A DNA stretch of 64,000 nucleotides from an uncultured Gemmatimonadales bacterium (GCA_963851265.1 CAWKNZ010000010.1:151026-215025); one strand, 5' to 3'; positions 10,516 to 20,494 are shown, counted from the stretch's first letter. Notes: generated by a model from the letters alone, not told the origin. Program-made: numbers and translations.

Positions 10516-11750
10516 GCTCCCACCTCCGCGGTCACGACGCCGGCCACGACGGGGTAGCGCGTCGCGCGGACGCGGACGCGCCGGAACCCGGCGCTCTCGA
10601 GCAGCCGGCGGAACTCTTCGGCCCGTCGCGCGCGCCCGCGCCCCATCGCACGCAGGTAGTACCCGAAGTACACGTCGCCCACCGCCTCGGCGCCGCGCGC
10701 GCCGGCCAACGGCTCGGCGATCACGATCATCCCGTCGGGCGCGAGCGCGGCCCGCACGCGGCAGAGCAGCGCGTGGACCGTCGCGTCGTCGTGGTCGAGG
10801 CAGACGCGCACGAGCGTCGCGACGTCGGCACCGGCTGGCAACGCGTCGTGCTGAAAGTCGCCGCCGACGACGCGCACGCGCGCCGCGAGGCCGGCTTCCG
10901 CCACGTGCCGCCGGGCGCGCGCCGCGACCGGCGCGAGGTCGAACAGGGTGCACGCGAGCTGCGCGTGCCGGCGCGCCGCGGCGAGGACGAAGTTGCCCTC
11001 GCCGCCACCGACGTCGAGCAGCGCACGCCGGCCCGAGAGCGGGACCGCGTCGAGCAGCTCGCCGGCGATGGGGGCGACGGTCGCGGACATGAGCGCCGAG
11101 TAGCCGGTGACGTCGGCCAGGCCGAGTCGGGCGCGACGCGGCGCGTCGGTGTACGGCCAGTACGCGGCGAGGGCCGCGCCATCCTCGCCCGGCGCGCGTC
11201 GCAGCAGCGCGAGCGGGTCGCGCAGGTCTTCGTAGAGCAGCGCGTTGTGCTCGACGAGCTGCACGAGGCCCGGGCTCGCGAGCAGCGGCCCGCCGGTGGC
11301 GCCGAGCCCCCATCGCCCGCCGGCGCGGCGCTCAACGAGCCCGAGGGCCGCCGCCGCGGCGAGCAGCGCGCGCGCACCGTCGGCCGGCAGTTCGAGTCGC
11401 GCCAGCAGCTCGGCCTCGGAGATCGGCGCGTCGGCCACGAGCGTGAGCAGTCCACACTGCACGCAGGCCGCGACGGTCTGCGTGTACGCGAACCCCGCCA
11501 CGAGGTCGAACACGGCGCGCGAGCGGCGTCGCGCGACCCCCCGCACGATGGGCACGCGCGCCGCCCACCGCTGAAACGTGGCGCTCGCGTACAGCCGGTC
11601 GCGTGCGGTGAGCGCACGGTCTCCGATCCGCTCGACCCACGTCAGGGGCCGCGCGCGGTCGGCCTGCGCCACCGCTGGAACGGCGCGCTCGCCACCCACG
11701 CGCTCGGCGCGGGGTGCGGCGTGGGGCGACATGGGCCCGGCGAGCGTCAT
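10512..11750 (-). CDS. crtF: Hydroxyneurosporene/demethylspheroidene O-methyltransferase
   Basis: FQRWAA..P..R, FDLVAGFAYTQ, LLDVGGGEG SAM motif, YFGYYL.AMG.GR; start approximate. Confidence 0.93.
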   Translation of the reverse strand: MTLAGPMSPHAAPRAERVGGERAVPAVAQADRARPLTWVERIGDRALTARDRLYASATFQRWAARVPIVRGVARRRSRAVFDLVAGFAYTQTVAACVQCGLLTLVADAPISEAELLARLELPADGARALLAAAAALGLVERRAGGRWGLGATGGPLLASPGLVQLVEHNALLYEDLRDPLALLRRAPGEDGAALAAYWPYTDAPRRARLGLADVTGYSALMSATVAPIAGELLDAVPLSGRRALLDVGGGEGNFVLAAARRHAQLACTLFDLAPVAARARRHVAEAGLAARVRVVGGDFQHDALPAGADVATLVRVCLDHDDATVHALLCRVRAALAPDGMIVIAEPLAGARGAEAVGDVYFGYYLRAMGRGRARRAEEFRRLLESAGFRRVRVRATRYPVVAGVVTAEVGA

Positions 11751-11880
11751 CAATCGCTCCGGCACGTGGGCGCTCGTGCGCGCCGAACAGCAGGCGGCGA
11801 ACACGGGTGACCGGGAGTTCCACGGGGCACGGCGACCCCGGAGATCCGGCGAGCGCGATTCTACGGTTCGTCCCAAAACC

Positions 11881-11923
11881 TGTCAAGTCTCGTTGACACG
11901 CCGAGTGTCAACACGTTGCGACA
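11881..11923. promoter_or_regulatory. Two tandem PpsR/CrtJ boxes (TGT-N12-ACA) in the divergent crtF/bchI promoter
   Basis: TGTcaagtctcgttgACA 11881-11898 and TGTcaacacgttgcgACA 11906-11923, 7 bp apart. Confidence 0.9.
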
Positions 11924-12018
11924 TCCCGGTCCACGTCGTACTGTAGCCTCGGCGGGAGCACGCGTTGCGTACCGCGACGCACGCTCCCGCGTGCCTCACC
12001 CCGAAGCCCCCGCCCACG

Positions 12019-13065
12019 GTGCCCCACGTGCACGCGCGTTTTCCGTTCACCGCGATCGTCGGGCAGGACGAGATGAAGACGGCGCTCCTGATCGCGGCCG
12101 TCGACCCCGGGATCGGCGGGGTGCTCGTGCAGGGCCACCGCGGCACGGGCAAGAGCACCGCCGTGCGCGCCCTCGCCGGTGTGTTGCCACCGCTCGTCGT
12201 CGACGCCGCGTGTCGGTACGGCTGCGACCCGGCCGCGAACGGCGCGCGCTGCGGCGAGTGCCACGACCGCGAACACGCCGGCGTCCGCGTTCGTGCCCGT
12301 CGTGCCCCGGTCCCCGTCGTCGACCTGCCCCTCGGTGCCACCGAGGACCGCGTCGTCGGCGCCCTCGACCTCGAACGCGCGCTCCGCACGGGCGAGAAGG
12401 CGTACGAACCCGGCCTGCTCGCACGCGCGCACCGCGGCTTCCTGTACGTCGACGAGGTGAACCTGCTCGAAGACCACCTCGTCGACCTCCTGCTCGACGT
12501 GTCGCAATCGGGCGAGAACGTCGTCGAGCGCGAGGGGCTGTCGGTGCGCCACCCCGCGCGCTTCGTGCTCGTCGGGAGCGGCAACCCGGAGGAGGGCGAC
12601 CTCCGCCCGCAGCTGCTCGACCGCTTCGGGCTCTCGGTCGAGGTGACGACGCCGAGCGACCCGGACGCGCGCGTCGAGGCGGTGCTGCGACGCGACGCGT
12701 TCGACCGCGACCCCGAGGGCTTCGCCCGTCGGTGGGCGCGGGCGGAAGCGGCGGTGCGCCGGCGCGTGAGCGAGGCGCGCGCGCGGATCGGCGGCGTGGC
12801 CGTACCGCACGCGGTCCTCCGCCGCGGTGCGGAGCTGTGCGCGCGACTCGGCACGGACGGCGTGCGGGGTGAGTTGACGCTGCTGCGCGGCGCGCGGGCG
12901 ACTGCCGCCTACGACGGCGCGACGGTCGTCGACGACGGGCACCTCCGTCGCGTCGCGCCGATGGTCCTGCGCCACCGCCTGCGCCGCGACCCGCTCGACG
13001 ACGCCGGGTCGAGCGCGCGCGTCGAACGGGCGTTGGGCGAGCTGTTCGGGACGCCCGCGGCGTGA
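12019..13065 (+). CDS. bchI: Magnesium chelatase ATPase subunit I
   Basis: FPFTAIVGQDEMK, GHRGTGKST, LYVDEVNLL, GSGNPEEGDLRPQLLDRFG; start approximate. Confidence 0.97.
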   Translation: MPHVHARFPFTAIVGQDEMKTALLIAAVDPGIGGVLVQGHRGTGKSTAVRALAGVLPPLVVDAACRYGCDPAANGARCGECHDREHAGVRVRARRAPVPVVDLPLGATEDRVVGALDLERALRTGEKAYEPGLLARAHRGFLYVDEVNLLEDHLVDLLLDVSQSGENVVEREGLSVRHPARFVLVGSGNPEEGDLRPQLLDRFGLSVEVTTPSDPDARVEAVLRRDAFDRDPEGFARRWARAEAAVRRRVSEARARIGGVAVPHAVLRRGAELCARLGTDGVRGELTLLRGARATAAYDGATVVDDGHLRRVAPMVLRHRLRRDPLDDAGSSARVERALGELFGTPAA

Positions 13066-13071
13066 CCGCCG

Positions 13072-13104
13072 CCTGACTGGCACCTGACGGGCACCTGACC
13101 GGCG
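13072..13104 (+). repeat. Three tandem 11-bp units (CCTGACNGGCR) between bchI and bchD
   Basis: cctgactggca cctgacgggca cctgaccggcg. Confidence 0.7.
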
Positions 13105-13105
13105 C

Positions 13106-14896
13106 GTGACGCTCCCGGACCTCGCGATCGCCCTGCTCGCCGGCGGCGACGCGTCCGCGTTAGGCGGCGCGCTCGTCGTCGCGCCCGGGGCCGAGGAGGG
13201 CGAGCGCTGGCTCGGCGCGCTGCGGGCCGCGCTCGGCGCGCGGCGGCCCGCGGCGCCCTGGCGCGTGGTGCCGAGCGCCGTGAGCGACGACCGGCTCGCG
13301 GGCGGGCTCGACGTCGTCGCGACGCTCGCGGCCGGCACGCGCGTGGACGGGCGCGGCCTGCTGGCCGAAGCGGAGGGGGGCCTGCTCGTGCTGCCGCGCG
13401 CGGCCGCGGCGAGCACGGCCACGCTGGCGCGCGTGGCCGACGCGGTGGACGGCGGTCGCGTCGCCGTCACGGCCGTGGTGTGCGGCGAGGAGGAGGCCGC
13501 GGAGCTGCCGCTGCTGCTCGCCGAGCGGCTCGCGTTACACGTGCGACTCCCGGCGGGGTACGCCCCCGACGTGGCGCACGTCGGCGCGCCCGGTGTGGCC
13601 GACGTGCACGAGTCGGACGCACCGGCCGCGGTCGCGGCACTCTGCGAGGTCGCGGAGGCGTTCGGCGTCGAGTCGACGCGCGCCGCGGTGTTCGCAATTC
13701 GGGTGGCGCGCGCGATCGCGCGTACCGCGGGGCGTGGCGCGCCCACGGACGACGACCTCGCGGCCGCCGTCCAGCTCGTCCTCGCCCCGCGCGCCGTGCG
13801 CGTCCCGGCCGACGCGTCCGCGCCGGCCGCGCCGGCGACCGACGCCGGCCGCGGGCCCGAACAGCCCGACGCCACCGCGTCCCGCGACGCACCGACACCC
13901 CCGGCACCCCCGACGCCGAACGACGGTCCGGGCGACGGTGACGCGTCGGGCACGGTGGGCGAGATTGGCGCGCACGAACTGCTCATCGCCGCCGCACGCG
14001 CCGCGCTGCCGCCGGAGCTGATCGCCGCCGGTCGCGGCGGGACGGCCGCGCGCTCGGCCACGGCGCGCGGTGCGGCGGGCCGAGCCGCCCGCGCTCAACC
14101 GCGCATGGACGACCGCCGCGGCCGGCGCGTCGGGACGCGCCCCGGGCACCCGCGCGGCGGGAGCCGGCTCGATCTCGTCGAGACGCTCCGCGCCGCGGCG
14201 CCGTGGCAGGGCGCGCGGGGGCGCGCGCCGGGCGGGGCGCTCGCCGTACGCACCGGCGACTTGCGCGTCGAGCGCCGCCGCCGGGCGTTAGGCACCACCA
14301 CGGTGGTCGTGGTCGACGCGTCGGGTTCGGCGGCGTTGGGCCGGTTGGCCGAGGCCAAGGGTGCGGCCGAGCTGCTGCTGGCCGAGAGCTACGCGCGGCG
14401 CGACCGGGTCGCGCTCGTCGCGTTTCGCGGCGCGGGCGCGAGCGTGCTGCTGCCGCCCACGCGCGCACTCGCGAGGGCGCGGCGCGCGGTGAGCGCACTC
14501 CCCGCCGGCGGCGGTACCCCGCTCGCTTCGGCGCTCGTCACCGCCGCGGACCTCGCGCGCGCGGCGGGGCGTGCCGGCACGCGCCCGGCGGTCGTGCTGC
14601 TCACCGACGGCCGGGCGAACGTCGCGCTCGACGGCGCGCCCGGGCGGGAGCGGGCGCGGGCCGATGCCGAGCAGGCGGCGCGGGCGCTCGCCGCGACGCT
14701 CGCCGCGGCGGGCGGACTCGCGGTGGTGGTGGACACGGCGGTGCGCGGCGGGCCCGAAGCGCGGACGCTCGCCGCGGCGGCGGGCGCGCGCTACGTCGCG
14801 CTCCCGTACGCGTCCGCCCGCACACTGCACGGGGTCGTGCGCGACGTCCTCGCCGAGCCGAGCGCCGCGGCCGGCCTCGCGGCATCCCACGCATGA
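13106..14896 (+). CDS. bchD: Magnesium chelatase subunit D (degenerate AAA, Pro-rich linker, VWA)
   Basis: DDRLAGGLD...TL..G, ETLRAAAPWQ, VDASGS MIDAS, LPAGGGTPLA, LLTDGRAN. Confidence 0.93.
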   Translation: MTLPDLAIALLAGGDASALGGALVVAPGAEEGERWLGALRAALGARRPAAPWRVVPSAVSDDRLAGGLDVVATLAAGTRVDGRGLLAEAEGGLLVLPRAAAASTATLARVADAVDGGRVAVTAVVCGEEEAAELPLLLAERLALHVRLPAGYAPDVAHVGAPGVADVHESDAPAAVAALCEVAEAFGVESTRAAVFAIRVARAIARTAGRGAPTDDDLAAAVQLVLAPRAVRVPADASAPAAPATDAGRGPEQPDATASRDAPTPPAPPTPNDGPGDGDASGTVGEIGAHELLIAAARAALPPELIAAGRGGTAARSATARGAAGRAARAQPRMDDRRGRRVGTRPGHPRGGSRLDLVETLRAAAPWQGARGRAPGGALAVRTGDLRVERRRRALGTTTVVVVDASGSAALGRLAEAKGAAELLLAESYARRDRVALVAFRGAGASVLLPPTRALARARRAVSALPAGGGTPLASALVTAADLARAAGRAGTRPAVVLLTDGRANVALDGAPGRERARADAEQAARALAATLAAAGGLAVVVDTAVRGGPEARTLAAAAGARYVALPYASARTLHGVVRDVLAEPSAAAGLAASHA

Positions 14897-14906
14897 CCCA
14901 CGGCCG

Positions 14907-15911
14907 GTGAGCGCCGTGGTGGAGCCGTCCCTCCCGCCGTCCCTCGCGCCGGCGGTCGTCGGTCGGCGCGGGGTGGGGCGTGCCCTCCGCCTGCTCGCGG
15001 CCGCCGCGGGTGTGCTCGCGTTCTGGTACGGCGTGACGGGCCTGTTGCTCGCCCTCGAACGCAGCGCGGCGACGCGGCTGCTCGCGCTCGTGCTCGCGGT
15101 CGTCGCGGCCGCGGTCGGCGTCGCCTGCGTGCGCGCGGCGCGCGGCGGCACGGGCGCGGGCGCCGGCGCGCGCGCCGTGCTCGGCGGCGCGCTCCTGTGG
15201 ACCTGCGTCTCGGCCACATTCTACGGCGGGTGGGTGGTCGGGCCCGCTCCGTCAGGCGGCTCGGGTGCTGCGAGGGATGCCGGGCACGCGCCGTCGCTGG
15301 CGAGGGCGGGCGACGCGCTCGCGGCGACGGCCTACAGCACCGTGCTCGCGGCCGCGCTCCTGCTGCTCGCGCTGCGGGTCGCGCGCGGGCCCGGGTACGG
15401 TCGGGGCCAGGCCGGGGCGCCAGACGCGAGCGGCGCGGCACGCTACGCGCCCGCAACGTTCGGCACGCTCTGGGCGGCACATGAGCTCGCGAAGCTCAAC
15501 GTCTTTCTCGGCGTCGCCAGCCCCGGTGCCGCGTACCTGCCGGACTATCTCGCGCACCTCCGCCGCTTCTTCGGGCCGGAGCACAACTCCCCGCTGCTCG
15601 CGTGGAGCGTGGTCGCGCTCGGGACGGCGGCGGCGCTCGCGGTGCGCGACGCACGCCGCGACCACGCGCTCCCGGCGCGCCGAACGGGCCTATCGCTTCT
15701 CGCCGGCATCCTCGCCCTCGCCGCATTCGAGCACGCGATGCTGGGTGTCCGCTCGACGCCGGCGTGGTGGGACGCGTTCGTCACGTGGCGCGAGGGGCCG
15801 CGCCACACGCGCCCGAGCGGACTGCACCCTGGGACCGCGCCCCGCGACTCCGACGGTCGCGGCGCGCGCGCCGAGGGTACACCCGAAATGCCGCCAGCAC
15901 GGGGTGCGTGA
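14907..15911 (+). CDS. DUF3623-like putative photosynthetic complex assembly membrane protein
   Basis: Hydrophobic; AKLNVFLGV...LP..L..L..FF and LA.FEH motifs; PGC context; start approximate. Confidence 0.72.
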   Translation: MSAVVEPSLPPSLAPAVVGRRGVGRALRLLAAAAGVLAFWYGVTGLLLALERSAATRLLALVLAVVAAAVGVACVRAARGGTGAGAGARAVLGGALLWTCVSATFYGGWVVGPAPSGGSGAARDAGHAPSLARAGDALAATAYSTVLAAALLLLALRVARGPGYGRGQAGAPDASGAARYAPATFGTLWAAHELAKLNVFLGVASPGAAYLPDYLAHLRRFFGPEHNSPLLAWSVVALGTAAALAVRDARRDHALPARRTGLSLLAGILALAAFEHAMLGVRSTPAWWDAFVTWREGPRHTRPSGLHPGTAPRDSDGRGARAEGTPEMPPARGA

Positions 15912-15948
15912 GCCTGCGCTCGACGCGCGCCGCCCGGGTCTTCCGACG

Positions 15949-17298
15949 TCAACGCAGCGTGTAGAGGTACGCCGCGATGTCGCGCGCGTCGCGGTCCGTC
16001 ACGTCGAGGTTCGGCATCGCCCCGCCCGGCTCGTACTGTTGGGTCGTGCGCAGCCACGCGGTGAGGTTCTGGGGCGTGTTCGGCAACCGCCCCACGATGT
16101 ACACGCGTCGCCCGTACCGGTCGAGCGGTGGTCCCACCTCGGCGTCCACCGGCCGGGCGACACCCGGGATCGCGTGGCACGAGCCGCAGCCGTAACGGCG
16201 CATCGCCGCCGGGCCACGCGTCGCGTCGCCACCTTCGACGAGCCAGGTGGGCGTGCCGCCGTGCGCGTCGCGACACGCGGACGGCCCGCCCGCGATCGTG
16301 GCGGCGCAGACGGCGACCGCTGCCGCGCGCGCGGCCGGACGCCGTATCGGAGACGGGGCGTCGGACTCGCGCAGCCAGCGCACGAACAGGGCGCTCGCGA
16401 CCCCAAGGTACACGATGCCCGCGGGGACCCACATGATCACGCCCGCCAGCTGCTGATCCTCGAGCGGCGTGAGTCCCCATGCGGCCGTGGTCCCGTAATG
16501 CCCGGTGTACCACGGGCGTACCGCGAAGGTGAGCGCGGCGCCGAGCAGGGCCATCGGCACGCCGGCAGCTGTCACGTACAGCAGGCGTGCGCCGTCGCCG
16601 AAGCGGAGGGGCGCGTGCGACCGATGACGGGGCGCGGGACGCACGACCGGCCACCAGAACAGCGCGGCCGCGCCGAGGAGCGTGACGTGCTCCAGCGCGT
16701 GCACGGCTGGCCGGCGGAGCGCCCAATCGTACGGGGCCGGGGCGTGCCAGAACAGGACGCTGGCCAGGTGCAGCGTGATCGCTACGCCGGGCGAGGCGAG
16801 CAGCGCCGCCGCGGCGCGCACGCGGGCGCGCGCGGCCCACACGCGCCCCACCCGGACGCGCGTGCCGTCCGGAAACGCCCAGAGCATCGCGAGCGCGGGC
16901 ACGCCCGCGGCGAGGAGTGGCGCCGCGACGAGGATGAGCACCAGGTGCTGGCCCATGTGCGCGGTGAAGAGCGCGTCGGCCATCGCGTCGAGCGGCGTGA
17001 GCAACGCGAGCGCGAGCGCGACGAGTCCGGCCACGTACGCCCACGCGCGCCAGCGGACGATCCCGCGTCCCGCACCGGCGCGCGCCCACGCGCGCCGGAC
17101 GCCTACCGCGTACCACGCGCCGGCCGCGACGAGCCCCGCGACCACACCCGGGCTCGCGGGCCAGGTCCGCCAGAGATCGTGCGGCTCGGGCGCGAGTCCC
17201 GGGTGTGCGTGCGCGAGTGCCGGGAGCGCAGCGACGGCGAGCGTGGCGCGCGCGACCGCCGAGCGCGCCGCGCGCGCGATCCGTGCGTTCGCGTTCAC
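15949..17298 (-). CDS. caa3-type CtaG cytochrome oxidase assembly factor fused to a C-terminal cytochrome c
   Basis: LFTAHMGQHL, FWHAP..Y, HALEH, LEDQQLAGVIMWVP; then YGCGSCH and MPNL; start approximate. Confidence 0.85.
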   Translation of the reverse strand: MNANARIARAARSAVARATLAVAALPALAHAHPGLAPEPHDLWRTWPASPGVVAGLVAAGAWYAVGVRRAWARAGAGRGIVRWRAWAYVAGLVALALALLTPLDAMADALFTAHMGQHLVLILVAAPLLAAGVPALAMLWAFPDGTRVRVGRVWAARARVRAAAALLASPGVAITLHLASVLFWHAPAPYDWALRRPAVHALEHVTLLGAAALFWWPVVRPAPRHRSHAPLRFGDGARLLYVTAAGVPMALLGAALTFAVRPWYTGHYGTTAAWGLTPLEDQQLAGVIMWVPAGIVYLGVASALFVRWLRESDAPSPIRRPAARAAAVAVCAATIAGGPSACRDAHGGTPTWLVEGGDATRGPAAMRRYGCGSCHAIPGVARPVDAEVGPPLDRYGRRVYIVGRLPNTPQNLTAWLRTTQQYEPGGAMPNLDVTDRDARDIAAYLYTLR

Positions 17299-17303
17299 GA
17301 CCG

Positions 17304-17981
17304 TCAGGTTCCGCACGGCGGCACCAGGAACGGGGCGATCCCGTGCAGTACGCTCGCAGTGACGAAGACGAGGCTCGTCAGGATTCCCGACATCGCCATG
17401 AACCTCGTGCGCCCCTCGCCGATCTCGAGCGCGGCGCGCACGTTCGTCGTCCCGCCGAGGCGCGGCGCGCCGCGGTCGGTTCCGGCGCGGTCGGTTCCGC
17501 CACGGTCGGCGTCGCCGCGGCCGGCGCGGTCGTTCGCCGATCCGCCTCCCGTGCGACCGGCCCCTTGTTGTGCGCCCTGCGGCGCGTGATCGGCCGAGCC
17601 CTCGCCCCCGCCGCCCCCCTCTCCGCGCGTGCGCGTCCATTCGCGGTAGGCGAGCAGTCCGGCGCCGACGCCCACGGCAACCGCGGCGAGGCTCACGGCG
17701 AGGGTGACCGCCTGCAAGCCGCCGAAGTCGGGCGTCCCGCGCGGATAGAGCCCTGGGTAGCAGGTGTGCGCCGCGAGCGCGTAGTCGGCGAGCGACTGAA
17801 CGCTCCACGCGGCCGGCGCGCCGAAGATTCCGAACCAGAGCGCCGCGTAACTCGCGTCGCCGCGCGCGGGTGCGGGGTGCCCGGCCTCGTGCCGCGCCAT
17901 CCGTTCGCCGGGCGTCCCACGACGCCCGCCCGCGACGTCGGCGTTCGCCCCGGGCTGCGGCGTCCCGTCGTGTGCGGTCAT
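17304..17981 (-). CDS. Membrane protein associated with the caa3 oxidase operon
   Basis: ATG with GGAGG RBS; LWFGIFGAPAAW, RTRFMA, terminal PPC; internal low-complexity DRxG repeats. Confidence 0.65.
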   Translation of the reverse strand: MTAHDGTPQPGANADVAGGRRGTPGERMARHEAGHPAPARGDASYAALWFGIFGAPAAWSVQSLADYALAAHTCYPGLYPRGTPDFGGLQAVTLAVSLAAVAVGVGAGLLAYREWTRTRGEGGGGGEGSADHAPQGAQQGAGRTGGGSANDRAGRGDADRGGTDRAGTDRGAPRLGGTTNVRAALEIGEGRTRFMAMSGILTSLVFVTASVLHGIAPFLVPPCGT

Positions 17982-17989
17982 CGCGCCTC

Positions 17990-20494
17990 CTACCGCAGAT
18001 GCGGTGTGACGTAGAGCGACGTGAACACCGCGAGCCACACCACGTCGACGAAGTGCCAGTACATCGCGGCGTTGGTCACCGCGAGGTGCCGGCGCGCCGT
18101 GAAGTGCCCGCGCGACGCGCGCACGAGCACGACCAGCAGCATGATCAGGCCCGCCGCGACGTGCGCGCCGTGGAAGCCGGTAATCGTGTAGAACAGCGAG
18201 GCGGACGCGTCGCTCGACGGGCCGAAGGTCTTCTGGCGGTACTCCACCAGTTGCAGCGCGAGAAACACGACGCCCATGCCGATCGTGACCGCCACGCCGA
18301 GCTTGAGGCGCCCCTCGTTGCCGCGCCGCGCGCCGCGCTCCGCCCAGATCAGCACACCGCTGCTCGCGACGAGGAGCGCGGTGTTGACCCCGACGAGCTT
18401 GAGGTCGGGCGACCCGTAGAGCGGCCACGGGTTCGTCGACATCGAGCCGAGGTAGAAGTAGCTGAACAGGAAGTAGGCGAAGAGCGCCGCCTCCGTCCCG
18501 ATCACGCAGCACATCCCCCAGAACCCGACCGAACTGCTGCCGAGCCCCGACGTCGGAAGGTCGCCGAAGGGCGTGTCGACGTCGCCGGTGTGGTGCAGCT
18601 GGTCCGACGACGGCCAGAGCCACACCACGATCGAGACCAGCGCCGCGCCAGCGCTCGACGCGGCGAGCCACCAGCGCCCGAACAGCAGGCCGTAGCTGAG
18701 CGCGAGCAACGACGCCGCGAGCACGACCGGCGCGTACGAATCGTCGGGCATGCGGATCACGGCGGTCGGCTCACCGTCGAGGGCGGAGGTCTCGAACGTC
18801 TCGCGCCCGTCGTCCAGCACCGGCCCGCAGTCGATGACGCTGCGCCCCGATCCTTCGGTCCCCAGCCGATCCTCCCACAACGGATGCCGGCTCGCCACCG
18901 TGGGGATCACGGCGAAGTTGTACGGCGGCGGGGGAGAGCTGGTCGCCCATTCCAGCGTCCCAGCGTCCCACGGATTGGGACCGGCGCGCTGGCCGCGGTA
19001 GATGCTCACGACCACGTCGTAGACGAACAGGAGCATGCCGAGCGCGAAGAGCAGCGCGCCAACGCTCTCGACGAGGTTGGCCGACTCCCAGCCGAGCCCG
19101 GCCTGGTAGGTGTAGACGCGGCGTGGCATGCCGAGCATCCCGACGATGTGCATCGGGAAGAACAGCACGTTGGTCGCGACGAGGAGCGTCCAGAAGCTCC
19201 ACTTCGCGAGCCGCTCGTCCATGAGCCGCCCGGTGAATTTCGGGAACCAGTAGATGATGCCGGCGAGCACCGGGTACACGTTGATCCCGACGAGCACGTA
19301 GTGCAGGTGCGCGACGACGAAATACGTGTCGGTGAGCTGCCAGTCGAACGGCACCGCGGCCGTCATCACGCCGTTCACGCCGCCGATCACGAAGAGCAGG
19401 ACGAACCCGAGCATGAACAGCATCGACGCCGTGAGGCGCGGGCGCCCGTGGTAGACCGTCGCGATCCACGCGAACGTCGACACGCCGCTGGGGATCGCGA
19501 TGATCATGCTCGCCGCGCCGAAGAAGGACAGCGAGAGCGGCGGCAATCCGGTGGCGAACATGTGGTGCACCCAGACGCCGAAGCCGAGCAGCGCGGTGAC
19601 CACGGTCGAGAGCGCGACGAAGGTGTAGCCGACGAGCGGGCGCCGCGCGAACGTCGGGAGCGCGTCCGACACGATCCCGATCGCGGGCAGGACGATCACG
19701 TACACCCACGGGTGCCCGAACATCCAGAACAGATGCTGCCAGAGCAGCGGGTGCCCCTCGCTCGTCGCGTCGTAAAAGTGGAAGCCGAAGCGCCGGTCGA
19801 GGTAGAGGAAGATCAGCGCCGCCGAGAGCGCCGGCACCGCCGCGAGGTTCACGAACGACGTCGACAGCGTTCCCCACACGATGATCGGCAGCCGGTTGAG
19901 CGACATCCCCGGCGCGCGCGTGGTGAAGAGGGTGACGATGAAGTTGACGGCGCCGACCGTCGTCGAGACGCTGAGCAGGAGCAGCCCGAGCGCGTAGTAG
20001 TCGATGTTGCGGCCCGGGTTGTACGCCGCCCCGGCGTAGGGCACGTAGTCGAACCACCCCGCGTTGGGCATCTCGCCGAGCACTGCGCTGGTGTAGATGA
20101 AGATGCCGGCGGCGAGGAAGGTCCAGTACGACAGCGCGTTCAGCCGGGGGAACGCCATGTCCCGCGCGCCGAGCATCAGCGGCCAGAGGAAGTTGCTGAA
20201 GCCGCTCAGGACCGGCGAGGCGTAGAGGAAGATCATCGTCACGCCGTGCATGCTGAACAGCTCGTTGTACTGCTCCGGCCCGAGCAGCGATTCGTTGGCG
20301 CGGGCGAGCTGCGCGCGCAACGCGAGCGCCTCGAGCCCGCCGACGAGCAGGAAGACGAACGCCGTGACGAGGTAGCGCTTGCCGATCGTCTTGTGGTCGA
20401 CGCTCGACAGGAATCCGCGCCAGCCGCGCGGCGTCTCCCAGGTGCGTTGCAGGCGCGCGACCGGGGCGCGGTCGACGGCGACGAGGGTGGCCAA
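17990..20494 (-). CDS. ctaD: Cytochrome c oxidase subunit I-III fusion
   Basis: VDHKTIG, WMFGHPWVY, VWVHHMF, YFVVAHLHY, then subunit III motifs TGFHGAHV and YWHFVDVVW; TTG start after GGAG inferred. Confidence 0.93.
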   Translation of the reverse strand: MATLVAVDRAPVARLQRTWETPRGWRGFLSSVDHKTIGKRYLVTAFVFLLVGGLEALALRAQLARANESLLGPEQYNELFSMHGVTMIFLYASPVLSGFSNFLWPLMLGARDMAFPRLNALSYWTFLAAGIFIYTSAVLGEMPNAGWFDYVPYAGAAYNPGRNIDYYALGLLLLSVSTTVGAVNFIVTLFTTRAPGMSLNRLPIIVWGTLSTSFVNLAAVPALSAALIFLYLDRRFGFHFYDATSEGHPLLWQHLFWMFGHPWVYVIVLPAIGIVSDALPTFARRPLVGYTFVALSTVVTALLGFGVWVHHMFATGLPPLSLSFFGAASMIIAIPSGVSTFAWIATVYHGRPRLTASMLFMLGFVLLFVIGGVNGVMTAAVPFDWQLTDTYFVVAHLHYVLVGINVYPVLAGIIYWFPKFTGRLMDERLAKWSFWTLLVATNVLFFPMHIVGMLGMPRRVYTYQAGLGWESANLVESVGALLFALGMLLFVYDVVVSIYRGQRAGPNPWDAGTLEWATSSPPPPYNFAVIPTVASRHPLWEDRLGTEGSGRSVIDCGPVLDDGRETFETSALDGEPTAVIRMPDDSYAPVVLAASLLALSYGLLFGRWWLAASSAGAALVSIVVWLWPSSDQLHHTGDVDTPFGDLPTSGLGSSSVGFWGMCCVIGTEAALFAYFLFSYFYLGSMSTNPWPLYGSPDLKLVGVNTALLVASSGVLIWAERGARRGNEGRLKLGVAVTIGMGVVFLALQLVEYRQKTFGPSSDASASLFYTITGFHGAHVAAGLIMLLVVLVRASRGHFTARRHLAVTNAAMYWHFVDVVWLAVFTSLYVTPHLR

